A stretch of 64,000 bases of DNA from a bacterium (lineage in GTDB: Bacteria; Zhuqueibacterota; Zhuqueibacteria; Residuimicrobiales; Krinioviventaceae). Location: positions 576,001 to 640,000 of the forward strand of contig CAXXMD010000002.1 of NCBI GenBank assembly GCA_963675755.2. Reading direction: 5' to 3'. Shown here piece by piece: positions 9,985 to 19,454 of the stretch. A model generated the notes under the pieces. It did not search any database, had not been told where the DNA came from, and saw nothing but the letters and a program-made list of their open reading frames with translations. Made by a program: the position numbers and the translations under genes. The first letter of the stretch is position 1, and the number at the start of each line of letters is the position of its first letter.

Positions 9985-10986
9985 TTATTCCCACCAGCGG
10001 GCTTTTAAGGGTTTACCCATTAATTTGAATGATAGTGTTTCATGTATCTGATACTCAACTTTATGTCCGGCAATATTTTTACCGGCTATTTCTCCTTGTT
10101 CCTGGGCGTTTGGCCAACCGAAGTTGATCCAATAGTTTTTCAATACAGGATGATATATTTCTGTACAATCACCTGCAGCATAGATATCTTTAACCGAAGT
10201 TTGCAGGTGTGTATCCACCAATATGCCTTTTTTCTGATATACTTTATCCGCCTGGCAAAAATCTATATTGGGTTTTCTGTCATCCCAGGCGAAAATGATA
10301 TCCGTGTCAATTTTTTTGTTTTTCAAAGTCAGTACGCGATATTTGTCGGTTTTCTTTTCTACATAAACAGGTTTGTCATTGATTATAATTTCAATGCCCT
10401 TGTTTTGAATGAACTCATGTATATAATCTGCAAATTCAGATTGCAGCAATGGAAAGAGTACCTGATCACGACGAGTAATGTAGGTAATTTTTTTACCCAG
10501 GTTATACATTCCAGCTAAAAGATCAAGATTACTCAGATTCTCACCATAAATAACACAATGTTCAATACTGTTTAAATTGCGTTTCAAAAGTTGAATATCC
10601 TGCAATGTATAATAGGATTTGATGAATTGCGAAAATGGATTGAGCAGGGGACCCAGGTGCTGACGTCCACCAGTAGCTATGAGTAATTTGTCGAACGATA
10701 AAACTTCATTGTGAAAAAGTTTAATTTGTTTATTTTCCGGATCAACTGCTTTTACGGATTCACCTTTGCGAAATTTAATTCCCAATTCTTTGATTTCTTC
10801 CAGATTCAGGTAATACAGTTGTGAATCATCAAGTTGATCGCAAAGATATTCGGTGAGAAGGTAGCGGTTATAGGGAAGGTAGGGTTCCTTTCCAATGACC
10901 GTAACATCAATTTGTGGGTCCGTCTTTCTTATTGTTGAGGCAGCTGTCATACCGGCTATTCCAGCACCGATGATGATCACTTTCAT
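9985..10986 (-). CDS. FAD-dependent pyridine nucleotide-disulfide oxidoreductase family protein (NirB/rubredoxin reductase-like)
   Basis: IIGAGIAG, LLIATGG, DIYAAGDC and WPNAQEQG; the second Rossmann motif is degenerate. Confidence 0.85.
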   Translation of the reverse strand: MKVIIIGAGIAGMTAASTIRKTDPQIDVTVIGKEPYLPYNRYLLTEYLCDQLDDSQLYYLNLEEIKELGIKFRKGESVKAVDPENKQIKLFHNEVLSFDKLLIATGGRQHLGPLLNPFSQFIKSYYTLQDIQLLKRNLNSIEHCVIYGENLSNLDLLAGMYNLGKKITYITRRDQVLFPLLQSEFADYIHEFIQNKGIEIIINDKPVYVEKKTDKYRVLTLKNKKIDTDIIFAWDDRKPNIDFCQADKVYQKKGILVDTHLQTSVKDIYAAGDCTEIYHPVLKNYWINFGWPNAQEQGEIAGKNIAGHKVEYQIHETLSFKLMGKPLKARWWE

Positions 10987-11013
10987 AACAATTCTCCAAA
11001 TAGCGGGAATGAA

Positions 11014-12687
11014 TTATTTTTCTTTTTCTACAGTTGTTAAAGAATACTTTGATATGGATATACAATCAACAGGGCAGGCGCGTACACAATTCCCGCACCG
11101 TATACATTTGTCATTATCAATTACAATTGCCTGTACCTGGCCCCAGTTTTCAGCTTTCACCGGTGTCATATTACCATCATCCGTTACGATAATATCTTTG
11201 GCCATTTTAATACAATCAACAGGCATAACATCAATACATGCCAGGCAATAGATACAGCGGTCAATATCAATCTGAAAGTTATAGTGACAGAGATAACACC
11301 GCTTTGCTTCTTTTAGAGATTTTTCTTCACTAAAGCCTGTATCTACTTCTTTTTCTTTTATTGATCTTTCAGAAATTGGAATTTTATCCATAGGCTGCAA
11401 TGGAATAAAATCATATTCGCGAATTCTACCAGTTTCGTTAATTGGTTCAATAGTTACAATGTCTTCATACCCATCCAAACCAGCAAGATCTTTGTGAACT
11501 TCTTGGGCAGATTTACGTCCATCAGCACATGCCTGGATTACCGTTGAAGCACCATTTCTAAAATCACCTGCTGTGTAAATTCCTTTTGTTTCCAGTTGTA
11601 GATCCTTGACAAGGTGTTTTTCTTCTTCCTGGCCGATTGCAAAAATTACGGTATCTGCAGGGATAACAAAATCCGAATCGGGTATTTGAGTTAGCTGATT
11701 ATTTGCCCCTTTGGCATTTCGTTTAAATTTAACACCCGTAACCTGGCCGTTTTCAGACTCGATAGCAACAGGGGTGACAAGAAAAGCAAAATCAATACCT
11801 TCTGCTTCCATGTCTTCAATTTCGTGCTCACCTACAGTCATTTCATTCCGGGTAAAAAGAAATGAGAGTGTAATATTTTTAGCACCCATACGGTAAGCCA
11901 TGCGTGTACAATCCACAGATGTAAAGCCGCCACCAACTACAATTACATTTTTCATTTTATGATCAAAAGTATTCGTGTTGGCGCCCATCATAAAATCGAG
12001 CCCCCATGTTACACCTGTTTTGTCTAAACCGGAAATATCCAGGCGTTTAGGTGCCATACATCCACCGGCCATTATCACGGCGTCATATTTTGAATTTAAT
12101 TTTTCTAACTGGTCATAATTTTCTATTCGTATATTGGTTTTCAAGGTAACACCCAAATCCAAAATGGATTTTAAATCCTGGTTTACAATATCATTCGGCA
12201 ACCTGAAACGGGGAATACCATAACGCAACATTCCACCTGCTTCAGAATATTGCTCAAGTATAGTTACCTTGTAACCTCTAATTGCCAGATCATTAGCCGC
12301 AGTTAATCCTGATGGACCGGATCCAATTATGCATACAGTTTTACCATTAGGTTTAATACTTTTCTTAAATTCTTTAAAACCAAAATCGGCCGCTGATCTT
12401 TTTAAGAAACAGATAGCAACAGGATCTCCTAAACCATCCCATCCATGTCTGCACGCACTTTCGCAAGGGCGATGACAGATTCTACCTAAAATAGAGGGTA
12501 ATACATTATCTTTACGGTTAATTAAATAGGCAGTTTTATAATCTCCATCGGATATGGCTTTAATATACCCAGGAATATCCGTCATAATAGGACAAGCAGA
12601 TTTGCATGGTATATTCACATCAATCCACTTACGGTCCAATAAATCCGTTGATTTGATAATTCCGTCCCCATGAGATAGAAGTGCCAT
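11014..12687 (-). CDS. GltD/SudA-like FAD and Fe-S oxidoreductase with C-terminal ferredoxin domain
   Basis: PCKSACP, GRICHRPCESACR, IIGSGPSGL, GGMLRYGIP, AGD, RCYLC, CIYCLAC, CIRCGNCVRACP. Likely start is the ATG at 12687 or 12690 after GGGAG (the ORF track starts at 12753). Confidence 0.88.
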   Translation of the reverse strand: MALLSHGDGIIKSTDLLDRKWIDVNIPCKSACPIMTDIPGYIKAISDGDYKTAYLINRKDNVLPSILGRICHRPCESACRHGWDGLGDPVAICFLKRSAADFGFKEFKKSIKPNGKTVCIIGSGPSGLTAANDLAIRGYKVTILEQYSEAGGMLRYGIPRFRLPNDIVNQDLKSILDLGVTLKTNIRIENYDQLEKLNSKYDAVIMAGGCMAPKRLDISGLDKTGVTWGLDFMMGANTNTFDHKMKNVIVVGGGFTSVDCTRMAYRMGAKNITLSFLFTRNEMTVGEHEIEDMEAEGIDFAFLVTPVAIESENGQVTGVKFKRNAKGANNQLTQIPDSDFVIPADTVIFAIGQEEEKHLVKDLQLETKGIYTAGDFRNGASTVIQACADGRKSAQEVHKDLAGLDGYEDIVTIEPINETGRIREYDFIPLQPMDKIPISERSIKEKEVDTGFSEEKSLKEAKRCYLCHYNFQIDIDRCIYCLACIDVMPVDCIKMAKDIIVTDDGNMTPVKAENWGQVQAIVIDNDKCIRCGNCVRACPVDCISISKYSLTTVEKEK

Positions 12688-12874
12688 CATCGAACTCCCA
12701 TTAATAAATGATGGATTTTTTAAAAAGATAATGATTGCTGTTACTCGAAACAAGTATTTTATCGTTATTATTTTGATTTTATTGTGATTTATTGAATTTT
12801 TTAATCAAGATGTTGTTGAATTTAATTTTTTTTAATACTTTGTTTTTATTGATATTTAATAGGAAAATAGAAAA

Positions 12875-13540
12875 TTGTTCGGAAATAGCAGAAACATAAA
12901 TTCAAATCAAACTGAAATACATTGTGATTTGATAAAATACTTGGAAAGATACAGGAAGAATCCGTTTCGACGTCAGATTTCAAATCAGGTATTGGAAAGT
13001 TTTTTAATGCTCGATGAGCAAGTAAAAAAACATAATATGCCAATCATACTGGATTCAGGCTGTGGAGTAGGAGAGAGCACATTCCGTATAGCTGAAAAAA
13101 ATCCAAATTGTTTGGTTGTGGGAGTAGACAAATCAATACATCGTCTTAATAAAAATTTATCGAATCAAGTTAAACATAATAATGTTATTTTTTATCGTAC
13201 AAATTTAATTGATTTTTGGCCTCTTGTTAATAAATACATGTGGCCGGTTCAAAAACATTATTTGCTTTATCCTAATCCTTGGCCGTTAAAAAAAGATGTT
13301 AAAAAAAGATTTCATGCACATCCCATTTTTATGGAATTGATTGAAATTTCTAATGTTATAGAATTACGTAGTAATTGGAGAATTTATCTTGAAGAATTTT
13401 CACTTGCTTTTGAACATGTTGCGGGGTGCAAAAGTAAAGTGGAAATTTATAATCCTGAATCAGCTTTAACACCATTTGAGCGCAAGTATCAATCAAGCGG
13501 GCATATATTATTTAGATTGTTGATTCAAAATGAGGGATAA
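12875..13540 (+). CDS. trmB: tRNA (guanine-N7)-methyltransferase TrmB-like
   Basis: SAM motif LDSGCGVG, YPNPWP, ELRSNW, TPFERKY. Confidence 0.7.
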   Translation: MFGNSRNINSNQTEIHCDLIKYLERYRKNPFRRQISNQVLESFLMLDEQVKKHNMPIILDSGCGVGESTFRIAEKNPNCLVVGVDKSIHRLNKNLSNQVKHNNVIFYRTNLIDFWPLVNKYMWPVQKHYLLYPNPWPLKKDVKKRFHAHPIFMELIEISNVIELRSNWRIYLEEFSLAFEHVAGCKSKVEIYNPESALTPFERKYQSSGHILFRLLIQNEG

Positions 13541-14650
13541 ATGACAGATCAATCTGTAGCAATCCAGAAACAATTTAAAATATTAATAATTCATCAAGAT
13601 CCTTCCGGATTTGAAATTTTTAGTGAACAATTTCAAAATCCACGTTTCCATTATGAATCCTGTTTAACAACTGACTTTGATACCAGGACAATTGTATATT
13701 CAAATTATGACAGCTTTGTTTTTATCAATAACAATAATATTCACATGCTGCTTCCACTATGTGAACAAATAAGAAACCATCCCGAGTTGTTGTTTCACCC
13801 TATCTTGTTTGTTAATAGTTGTAAAAATGAAAAAGATACCATTGCGGCTTTTCAAGCGGGCAGTTCAGATGTTGTTAATGTACCTTGTAATCCTAATGAG
13901 TTTTTTATAAGATTTGAAAAACAATTTACTAATTACCAGACTATACTACAATTACATGAAATAAATAATACCAAAGACAAGTTCTTATCCATTATATCTC
14001 ATGACTTGCGAAGCCCATTTACAATCCTTTTAAATTTTTCCAAAATATTATATAACAAGTTTGATAGTTTTGATCATCAATTACAAAAAGAATACATTAG
14101 TGCCATAAATGATTCTGCTGAACATACATATACAATTTTAGAAAATTTATTACGATGGTCTAAAGCCAATTCCGGGGAAATAAGATTTAGTCCTACTCGT
14201 ATTAATCTAACTTCTGTTATTTATGAAAGTATTTTATTACTAGCTAATGAAGCCGGTAATAAAAACTTGAATATCTATTTTAACAATCAGGTAGAACATT
14301 TGATAACCGCTGATCGAAATATGTTGAGTGTTGTTTTTAATAATTTAATTAACAATGCAATAAAATATTCTTATCCTGCTGGAAAGATTATCATCAATAT
14401 TGAAAAGATCAATTCTGATTATCAAATTAAAATTTCAGACAAAGGTACCGGTATTGAAAGTCAAAGATTGAATCATTTATTTAAAATTGGTGATTTGATT
14501 AAAACACCAGGTACTAATAATGAACATGGGGCTGGGTTGGGATTACTCATCATTAAGGAATTTATTGACAAACACCAGGGAAAAATTATCGTGAGGAGTG
14601 TTAAAGATGGTGGATCCACTTTTGTTGTAACACTTCCAGGTGAGGCATAA
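13541..14650 (+). CDS. Sensor histidine kinase with N-terminal degenerate receiver-like domain
   Basis: H-box SIISHDLRSPF, NLINNAIKYS, DKGTGI, GAGLGL, GSTF. Confidence 0.88.
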   Translation: MTDQSVAIQKQFKILIIHQDPSGFEIFSEQFQNPRFHYESCLTTDFDTRTIVYSNYDSFVFINNNNIHMLLPLCEQIRNHPELLFHPILFVNSCKNEKDTIAAFQAGSSDVVNVPCNPNEFFIRFEKQFTNYQTILQLHEINNTKDKFLSIISHDLRSPFTILLNFSKILYNKFDSFDHQLQKEYISAINDSAEHTYTILENLLRWSKANSGEIRFSPTRINLTSVIYESILLLANEAGNKNLNIYFNNQVEHLITADRNMLSVVFNNLINNAIKYSYPAGKIIINIEKINSDYQIKISDKGTGIESQRLNHLFKIGDLIKTPGTNNEHGAGLGLLIIKEFIDKHQGKIIVRSVKDGGSTFVVTLPGEA

Positions 14651-14802
14651 AGTATACAATATTGTTAATGTTTTCGGCTATTTTTGGTATTTTTTCTTTA
14701 AAATTGTTTACTTTAGGCAACAATTTTTCCAATCTCTGGTTTTTGTGTTTATTATTCACCTCATAAAAAACAATGATTTAAACTGTATTTTTTTTTGGTA
14801 TA

Positions 14803-15795
14803 ATGTTTGCTGATCTTGTAGTGGATTTGTTAAAGAATCAATTTACAACATGTGGAACTTTAATTATGGATATGCAAAACAGTTGTTTGAAAATGATGTA
14901 TTTCTCATTTGGAAAATCGAGTGTAAAGCAGATTAATTTCGACAGAAAAAAAGTGATTTTTGTATCGCTTGTTTTTATTATGACCTTGACAATATTAATC
15001 TCTGTTTCACTCAAAATGTTCACTGGCTTTTATCAGAACTGGAGAATTGCTCATTTGAGAAAAGCCAATAATGAGCTTGAACATCAAATATATAATCTAG
15101 AACAAAAGCTGGTACAACTTGATAATAAAGTTGTTTCACTGGAACGTCAGGATGACGATTTGAGAGTATTTGTAGACATTCCTACAATTAATCCTGATAT
15201 CCGAAGATTAGGAACAGGTGGTCAATCTCCGGCTGTCATTACTGGCTATAGTTCTGTTAATGAATCTTTACTAGGTTTTGCTCAAAATGTTGATCAGCAA
15301 TTATTTAACCTGTCACATCGACTGGATCTTTTGATTGACAGTAGAGATGAAATTGTAGTAAAATATAATGAAAATTCAAGTCAATTACGCCAAACCCCTT
15401 CAATTCATCCTGTTCGAAGAGGAAGGATAAGTGACAGTTTTGGTTATAGAATTGATCCTTTTACGGGACAACGCAAACACCACAATGGTGTAGATATTTC
15501 AGCTCCCCGCGGTACAGATATTTATTCTACAGCGGATGGAATTGTAGTTGAAGCTGTTACTAAATATACTCCCAACCAGTTACGTGGTAAATATGTTATC
15601 ATCGATCATGGTTTTGGTTTTAAAACCAAATACGCACATCTTTCAAAAGTACTGGTCAAACCTGGTCAAAAAATTGCCAGATATACAGTCATTGGCAAAG
15701 TTGGAGATACCGGACGCGCAACGGGTCCACATCTCCATTATGAAGTGATCAAAGAAGACAGACAAGTAAATCCTATATATTATTTTATGGATTGA
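14803..15795 (+). CDS. M23 family peptidase with TM anchor and coiled coil
   Basis: HNGVDI, YAHLS, GRATGPHLHYEV. The true start is probably a downstream Met. Confidence 0.92.
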   Translation: MFADLVVDLLKNQFTTCGTLIMDMQNSCLKMMYFSFGKSSVKQINFDRKKVIFVSLVFIMTLTILISVSLKMFTGFYQNWRIAHLRKANNELEHQIYNLEQKLVQLDNKVVSLERQDDDLRVFVDIPTINPDIRRLGTGGQSPAVITGYSSVNESLLGFAQNVDQQLFNLSHRLDLLIDSRDEIVVKYNENSSQLRQTPSIHPVRRGRISDSFGYRIDPFTGQRKHHNGVDISAPRGTDIYSTADGIVVEAVTKYTPNQLRGKYVIIDHGFGFKTKYAHLSKVLVKPGQKIARYTVIGKVGDTGRATGPHLHYEVIKEDRQVNPIYYFMD

Positions 15796-15890
15796 GCGAT
15801 TAAATTTTGACAAATTTTTATTTGTTTTGTTTTTAAAACAAATTTATTATATTTTTGATAAATACTACTCTTACAAAAATATGATAGACT

Positions 15891-18110
15891 ATGCGCTCAT
15901 TAACAAGATTTGTTCTGATTGCCCTTTGTTTTTCTACTATTTCTTCTGCACAAATTAATCCTGTTCAACTTGAACCGGCACTAGTTTTCAACTCTGATCG
16001 TTCTACAACTTTTACAAGAACGATTTACTCTTTGGGATCTCGGTTCTCATCTACAGATTCTATTTTTGCTTTACAAAAAATCCAAAAATTTAATATAACC
16101 AAGGTTGATTCTGTTAATAACCACGAGTTACAAATTGATTTTATTATTGAACCTGGATTTACAGAATTTGGCAAGCATAAATTTCTAGTTTTAGATTCTT
16201 TACAGCAGAAGAAATTAGATTTTACTTTGGATATAAGGTATGCAAATCCTCCATTTGTAGAATCAATTATAATACGCCAGAATAAAAAAGTAATGAATGA
16301 CACAATTCGCTTGTCAGATACGGATTATACTCTGGCTACTCTCACCATTAGAGGAACAGGTTTGTTCGACAATACCATTGTAGAGTTTGACGATCCTGCA
16401 ATTCAGGTTTTAAATACACCGGGGTGGAGAAGAAGTATTGCTCCAAATCTTTTGCAAGTGGGCCTTGAAATTAAATCCGGTAATATTAACGTTGGTTATA
16501 AACAATTTCGAATTAAAAATGATTTTGCCATGGAAGGATTTGGCAAGATTTTTATTAAAAGCAATAGAGCTCCTGTAATATACGGTACGGTCCCTGATAT
16601 TATCGCTGATGGTCAGGATCATCGTATACAAATCCGTGGTGATTATTTTCAATCAGGATTAACGGTATCATTGCTGCCTCAAGATGGTATTGCAAGAGTA
16701 CAAAATCGTTCAGCAAGTGATGTTGAATTGTTGATTAACATTCCTGTTTTAGAAAATTCAAAAAGTTATAAACTTGTTATCCAGAATCCTGATGGATTAT
16801 CTGATACTACAGGATATTTTACTGCAAAAACACCTCCGTTAAATAAAGCTTATGCCCGTTCATTAAATAATCAACCTGTATTTCTAGATAAAGAAACACG
16901 AATTGTATTTACGGTTCAAACCTATGCCAACAAACGATTAAACAAGCAAACCGCATATGAGATCAATATTGATGGTGTAAAATTTCCGGTTAATTCAGTA
17001 ATCAATGACAGTACTTGTGAAGCTGTTATAAAATTATCTCAAAAATCGCCATACACATTATTGAATCAACATGTTTTTACAATTAGTCCCGTAGACGCGG
17101 CACCCAAATGGAAAGGCCTGTTATTCAGCAAACCCGCACCAGATCTTACTTATATGTCTCCCGAAAATGTACTGCATCCCCAGGATACACTAAGTTTTGT
17201 GTTCAAAGGACAAAATTTAGATGATATAATCATGTATATTACCGATCCTGAAATCACTTTTAAAATTCAGGAAAATAGAGGGGATTTGATTCGAGTAACT
17301 GCTATAGCCGGACGTCATTTAAAAAATGGTACGTATCCTGTAAAAATTCGAAAAAATGATGTAACTTTTGAGTTCCCTGAGCATCAAATAATTATACAGC
17401 AGTGGCAGCCATTTACTGAATACGCCTCAATACATACTACCAGTTTGAAAAGTTTGCCATCTGATTCTTTGTGGAAAGAAAAACAGAGGGCCCGGATCAT
17501 TGAAAAAACAGACAAGTTACGAATGGATTTCTATTTGCAAAACTTGTCAAAAGAAGCTGGTACACAAAAAGTTTTTATTAATGCGGTTCTGATCGATTCT
17601 TCTAATGCTGTTCGAGCTGAGACGCGCTTTTTTAAAGCGTTGAGTTATGAAAATAAAACTTTTTCCTGGAATTGGCGTTTACATGAAAAAATTAAATCTG
17701 GTGATCGTATAGAGATTTCTATCAGCAATACTGGTGGTCAAAACAAAAAGACTGAGGTGTTTTTTGTAAAGCCACACTGGTCAGAATCTTTCAAGGGATC
17801 AACCTCATTTATAATTTTCAAAGCTCCAATGAATGGTGGTAATGCTACTGCGGAAATCTTAAGAACGGTTGCAATTGGTCTTTCGTATCAGCCATTTGAA
17901 AATAAAGACTTTTTGGAGTTTGATTCATCGATTTTAATAGGAAACGCAACATCGAGCGATAGTGATCTTGATGTGGATTTGGGTCTGGGTTTGAGTGTTA
18001 TTCTCTGGAACCATATTCAACTGGGATTTGGTTCAAACTTGACAAACGGACCCTTTTCAGAAATGTTTGCTTTTATGGGTACACGCATAAAAATACCTGT
18101 TCCCTGGTAA
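15891..18110 (+). CDS. Secreted hypothetical protein, beta-rich (Ig-like modules plus possible C-terminal OM beta-strands)
   Basis: Signal peptide (MRSLTRFVLIALCFSTISSAQ); IPT-like segments (IRGTGL, IRGDYF...NPDG, FKGQNL); amphipathic C-terminus ending in W. Confidence 0.6.
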   Translation: MRSLTRFVLIALCFSTISSAQINPVQLEPALVFNSDRSTTFTRTIYSLGSRFSSTDSIFALQKIQKFNITKVDSVNNHELQIDFIIEPGFTEFGKHKFLVLDSLQQKKLDFTLDIRYANPPFVESIIIRQNKKVMNDTIRLSDTDYTLATLTIRGTGLFDNTIVEFDDPAIQVLNTPGWRRSIAPNLLQVGLEIKSGNINVGYKQFRIKNDFAMEGFGKIFIKSNRAPVIYGTVPDIIADGQDHRIQIRGDYFQSGLTVSLLPQDGIARVQNRSASDVELLINIPVLENSKSYKLVIQNPDGLSDTTGYFTAKTPPLNKAYARSLNNQPVFLDKETRIVFTVQTYANKRLNKQTAYEINIDGVKFPVNSVINDSTCEAVIKLSQKSPYTLLNQHVFTISPVDAAPKWKGLLFSKPAPDLTYMSPENVLHPQDTLSFVFKGQNLDDIIMYITDPEITFKIQENRGDLIRVTAIAGRHLKNGTYPVKIRKNDVTFEFPEHQIIIQQWQPFTEYASIHTTSLKSLPSDSLWKEKQRARIIEKTDKLRMDFYLQNLSKEAGTQKVFINAVLIDSSNAVRAETRFFKALSYENKTFSWNWRLHEKIKSGDRIEISISNTGGQNKKTEVFFVKPHWSESFKGSTSFIIFKAPMNGGNATAEILRTVAIGLSYQPFENKDFLEFDSSILIGNATSSDSDLDVDLGLGLSVILWNHIQLGFGSNLTNGPFSEMFAFMGTRIKIPVPW

Positions 18111-18130
18111 TTGTTAATGGAGATTTTAGA

Positions 18131-18370
18131 ATGAATTGTGATGATATTTTAAATCGAATTTGTGATGACTTGTCAGAAGATATTAACTCTCAGGTTTGCA
18201 AAGATATTAAAAATCATTTAGAGTCGTGTGAAAATTGCAGTGCACAGATTAATTCAATGAAAAATGCAGTAAATTTATACAAATGCCTTGAAGAAAAAAA
18301 GGTACCAATTGTTGTGCATGAACGACTTTTGAAAATGTTGAATTTAGAGAATTTACCACCTGCTAAATAA
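18131..18370 (+). CDS. zf-HC2 (ZAS) anti-sigma-factor-like small protein
   Basis: MNC...HLESCENC (HxxxCxxC), 79 aa, GGAG RBS. Confidence 0.8.
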   Translation: MNCDDILNRICDDLSEDINSQVCKDIKNHLESCENCSAQINSMKNAVNLYKCLEEKKVPIVVHERLLKMLNLENLPPAK

Positions 18371-18371
18371 C

Positions 18372-19415
18372 CTATATATTTAGCAGTATTGTTATTAATG
18401 ATATGATTAATAACAATACTAAAATTGCAAATCCTCTTCCCCTGAATAATCTATTAATAATTCTATTCCTGGTATTGTTAACTGCTTTTCGCAATGGCAG
18501 CCAGAAATTTCTGTCCATAAATAGAAAAAAGGATTTTATTAATTCCTGCCCTGTATAAATCCATTGTTGTAAAAAATATTGTTGAGTATCCTGACTTTTT
18601 TGGTATTGCTGTTTAATCTCTGCTGGCATTACTTTTTGCTCTTCAACTTGCAAATTTAGCTCCAACTGATCCGGATCTAATCTGTAATAGGGGATATACA
18701 TTTTTTTTGTTGCTTTGCCCTTTTCATAGACAGAACCCGGTTTTATCCCTTTGTGGAATTTACCTTTTGCGTAAATTAATGAAATAATATCATTTAAATA
18801 AGCCGTCATGGTGGGATTGTGTTTATCAATCATTTCATTAATGAAATGTTGTTGTTGATTAAGTTGATCGATTAAAACATTTTTCTCTTTACTAAATGTA
18901 TCAAATATCCTAACAAGTTTGTTAATTGCTTTAAATAATTGATCATCAAAATCTGTAAATGAACCATCTTGTAAAAGAAAGGGGATTGATTTGAGTTCAA
19001 TATTAAAATTATAGTTTGTTGATTTATTATCATTGGTATCAAATACTTTTGAATTAATTATAAAAGATAATTTTAAACCAATATGCTCTTCAAAAGTATT
19101 AATATTTAAGCTTGTGTTTAAAAATCGTATGCTTTTATTTGCCAAATCACTATTGGTAGAATTAATATGCTGTTGAATTTTTGATGAAAGCATATAATCC
19201 TGCTTGAAATCTATTTTTATATTTTTATTGGGAAAATCATCCAGTGGTTTTTTATGTTTTCCAATGGATTTTAATTGTTCGTATTGCTCAATTTTGAATC
19301 GATTCACCTTGCTCATAGATTTTCCTGTTAAAAAATTATAAAAAGAAGTAAAATATAGATCATTTATCATTGCAAATTTCATCCCAAATACGTATAATTC
19401 TAAATAAAAAAACAT
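18372..19415 (-). CDS. Hypothetical protein with C-terminal membrane anchor
   Basis: 347-codon ORF ending in RGRGFAILVLLLIISLITILLNI; no recognised domain; start uncertain. Confidence 0.55.
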   Translation of the reverse strand: MFFYLELYVFGMKFAMINDLYFTSFYNFLTGKSMSKVNRFKIEQYEQLKSIGKHKKPLDDFPNKNIKIDFKQDYMLSSKIQQHINSTNSDLANKSIRFLNTSLNINTFEEHIGLKLSFIINSKVFDTNDNKSTNYNFNIELKSIPFLLQDGSFTDFDDQLFKAINKLVRIFDTFSKEKNVLIDQLNQQQHFINEMIDKHNPTMTAYLNDIISLIYAKGKFHKGIKPGSVYEKGKATKKMYIPYYRLDPDQLELNLQVEEQKVMPAEIKQQYQKSQDTQQYFLQQWIYTGQELIKSFFLFMDRNFWLPLRKAVNNTRNRIINRLFRGRGFAILVLLLIISLITILLNI

Positions 19416-19454
19416 GTATTTTCAATTCCAATCAAGTTAGATTTGGGTGATGAA

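Noticed and set aside
11014-12687. DsrL or glutamate synthase small subunit assignment
   Set aside because: No dsr genes or gltB nearby, and the C-terminal Cys pattern differs from DsrL; kept as GltD-like.
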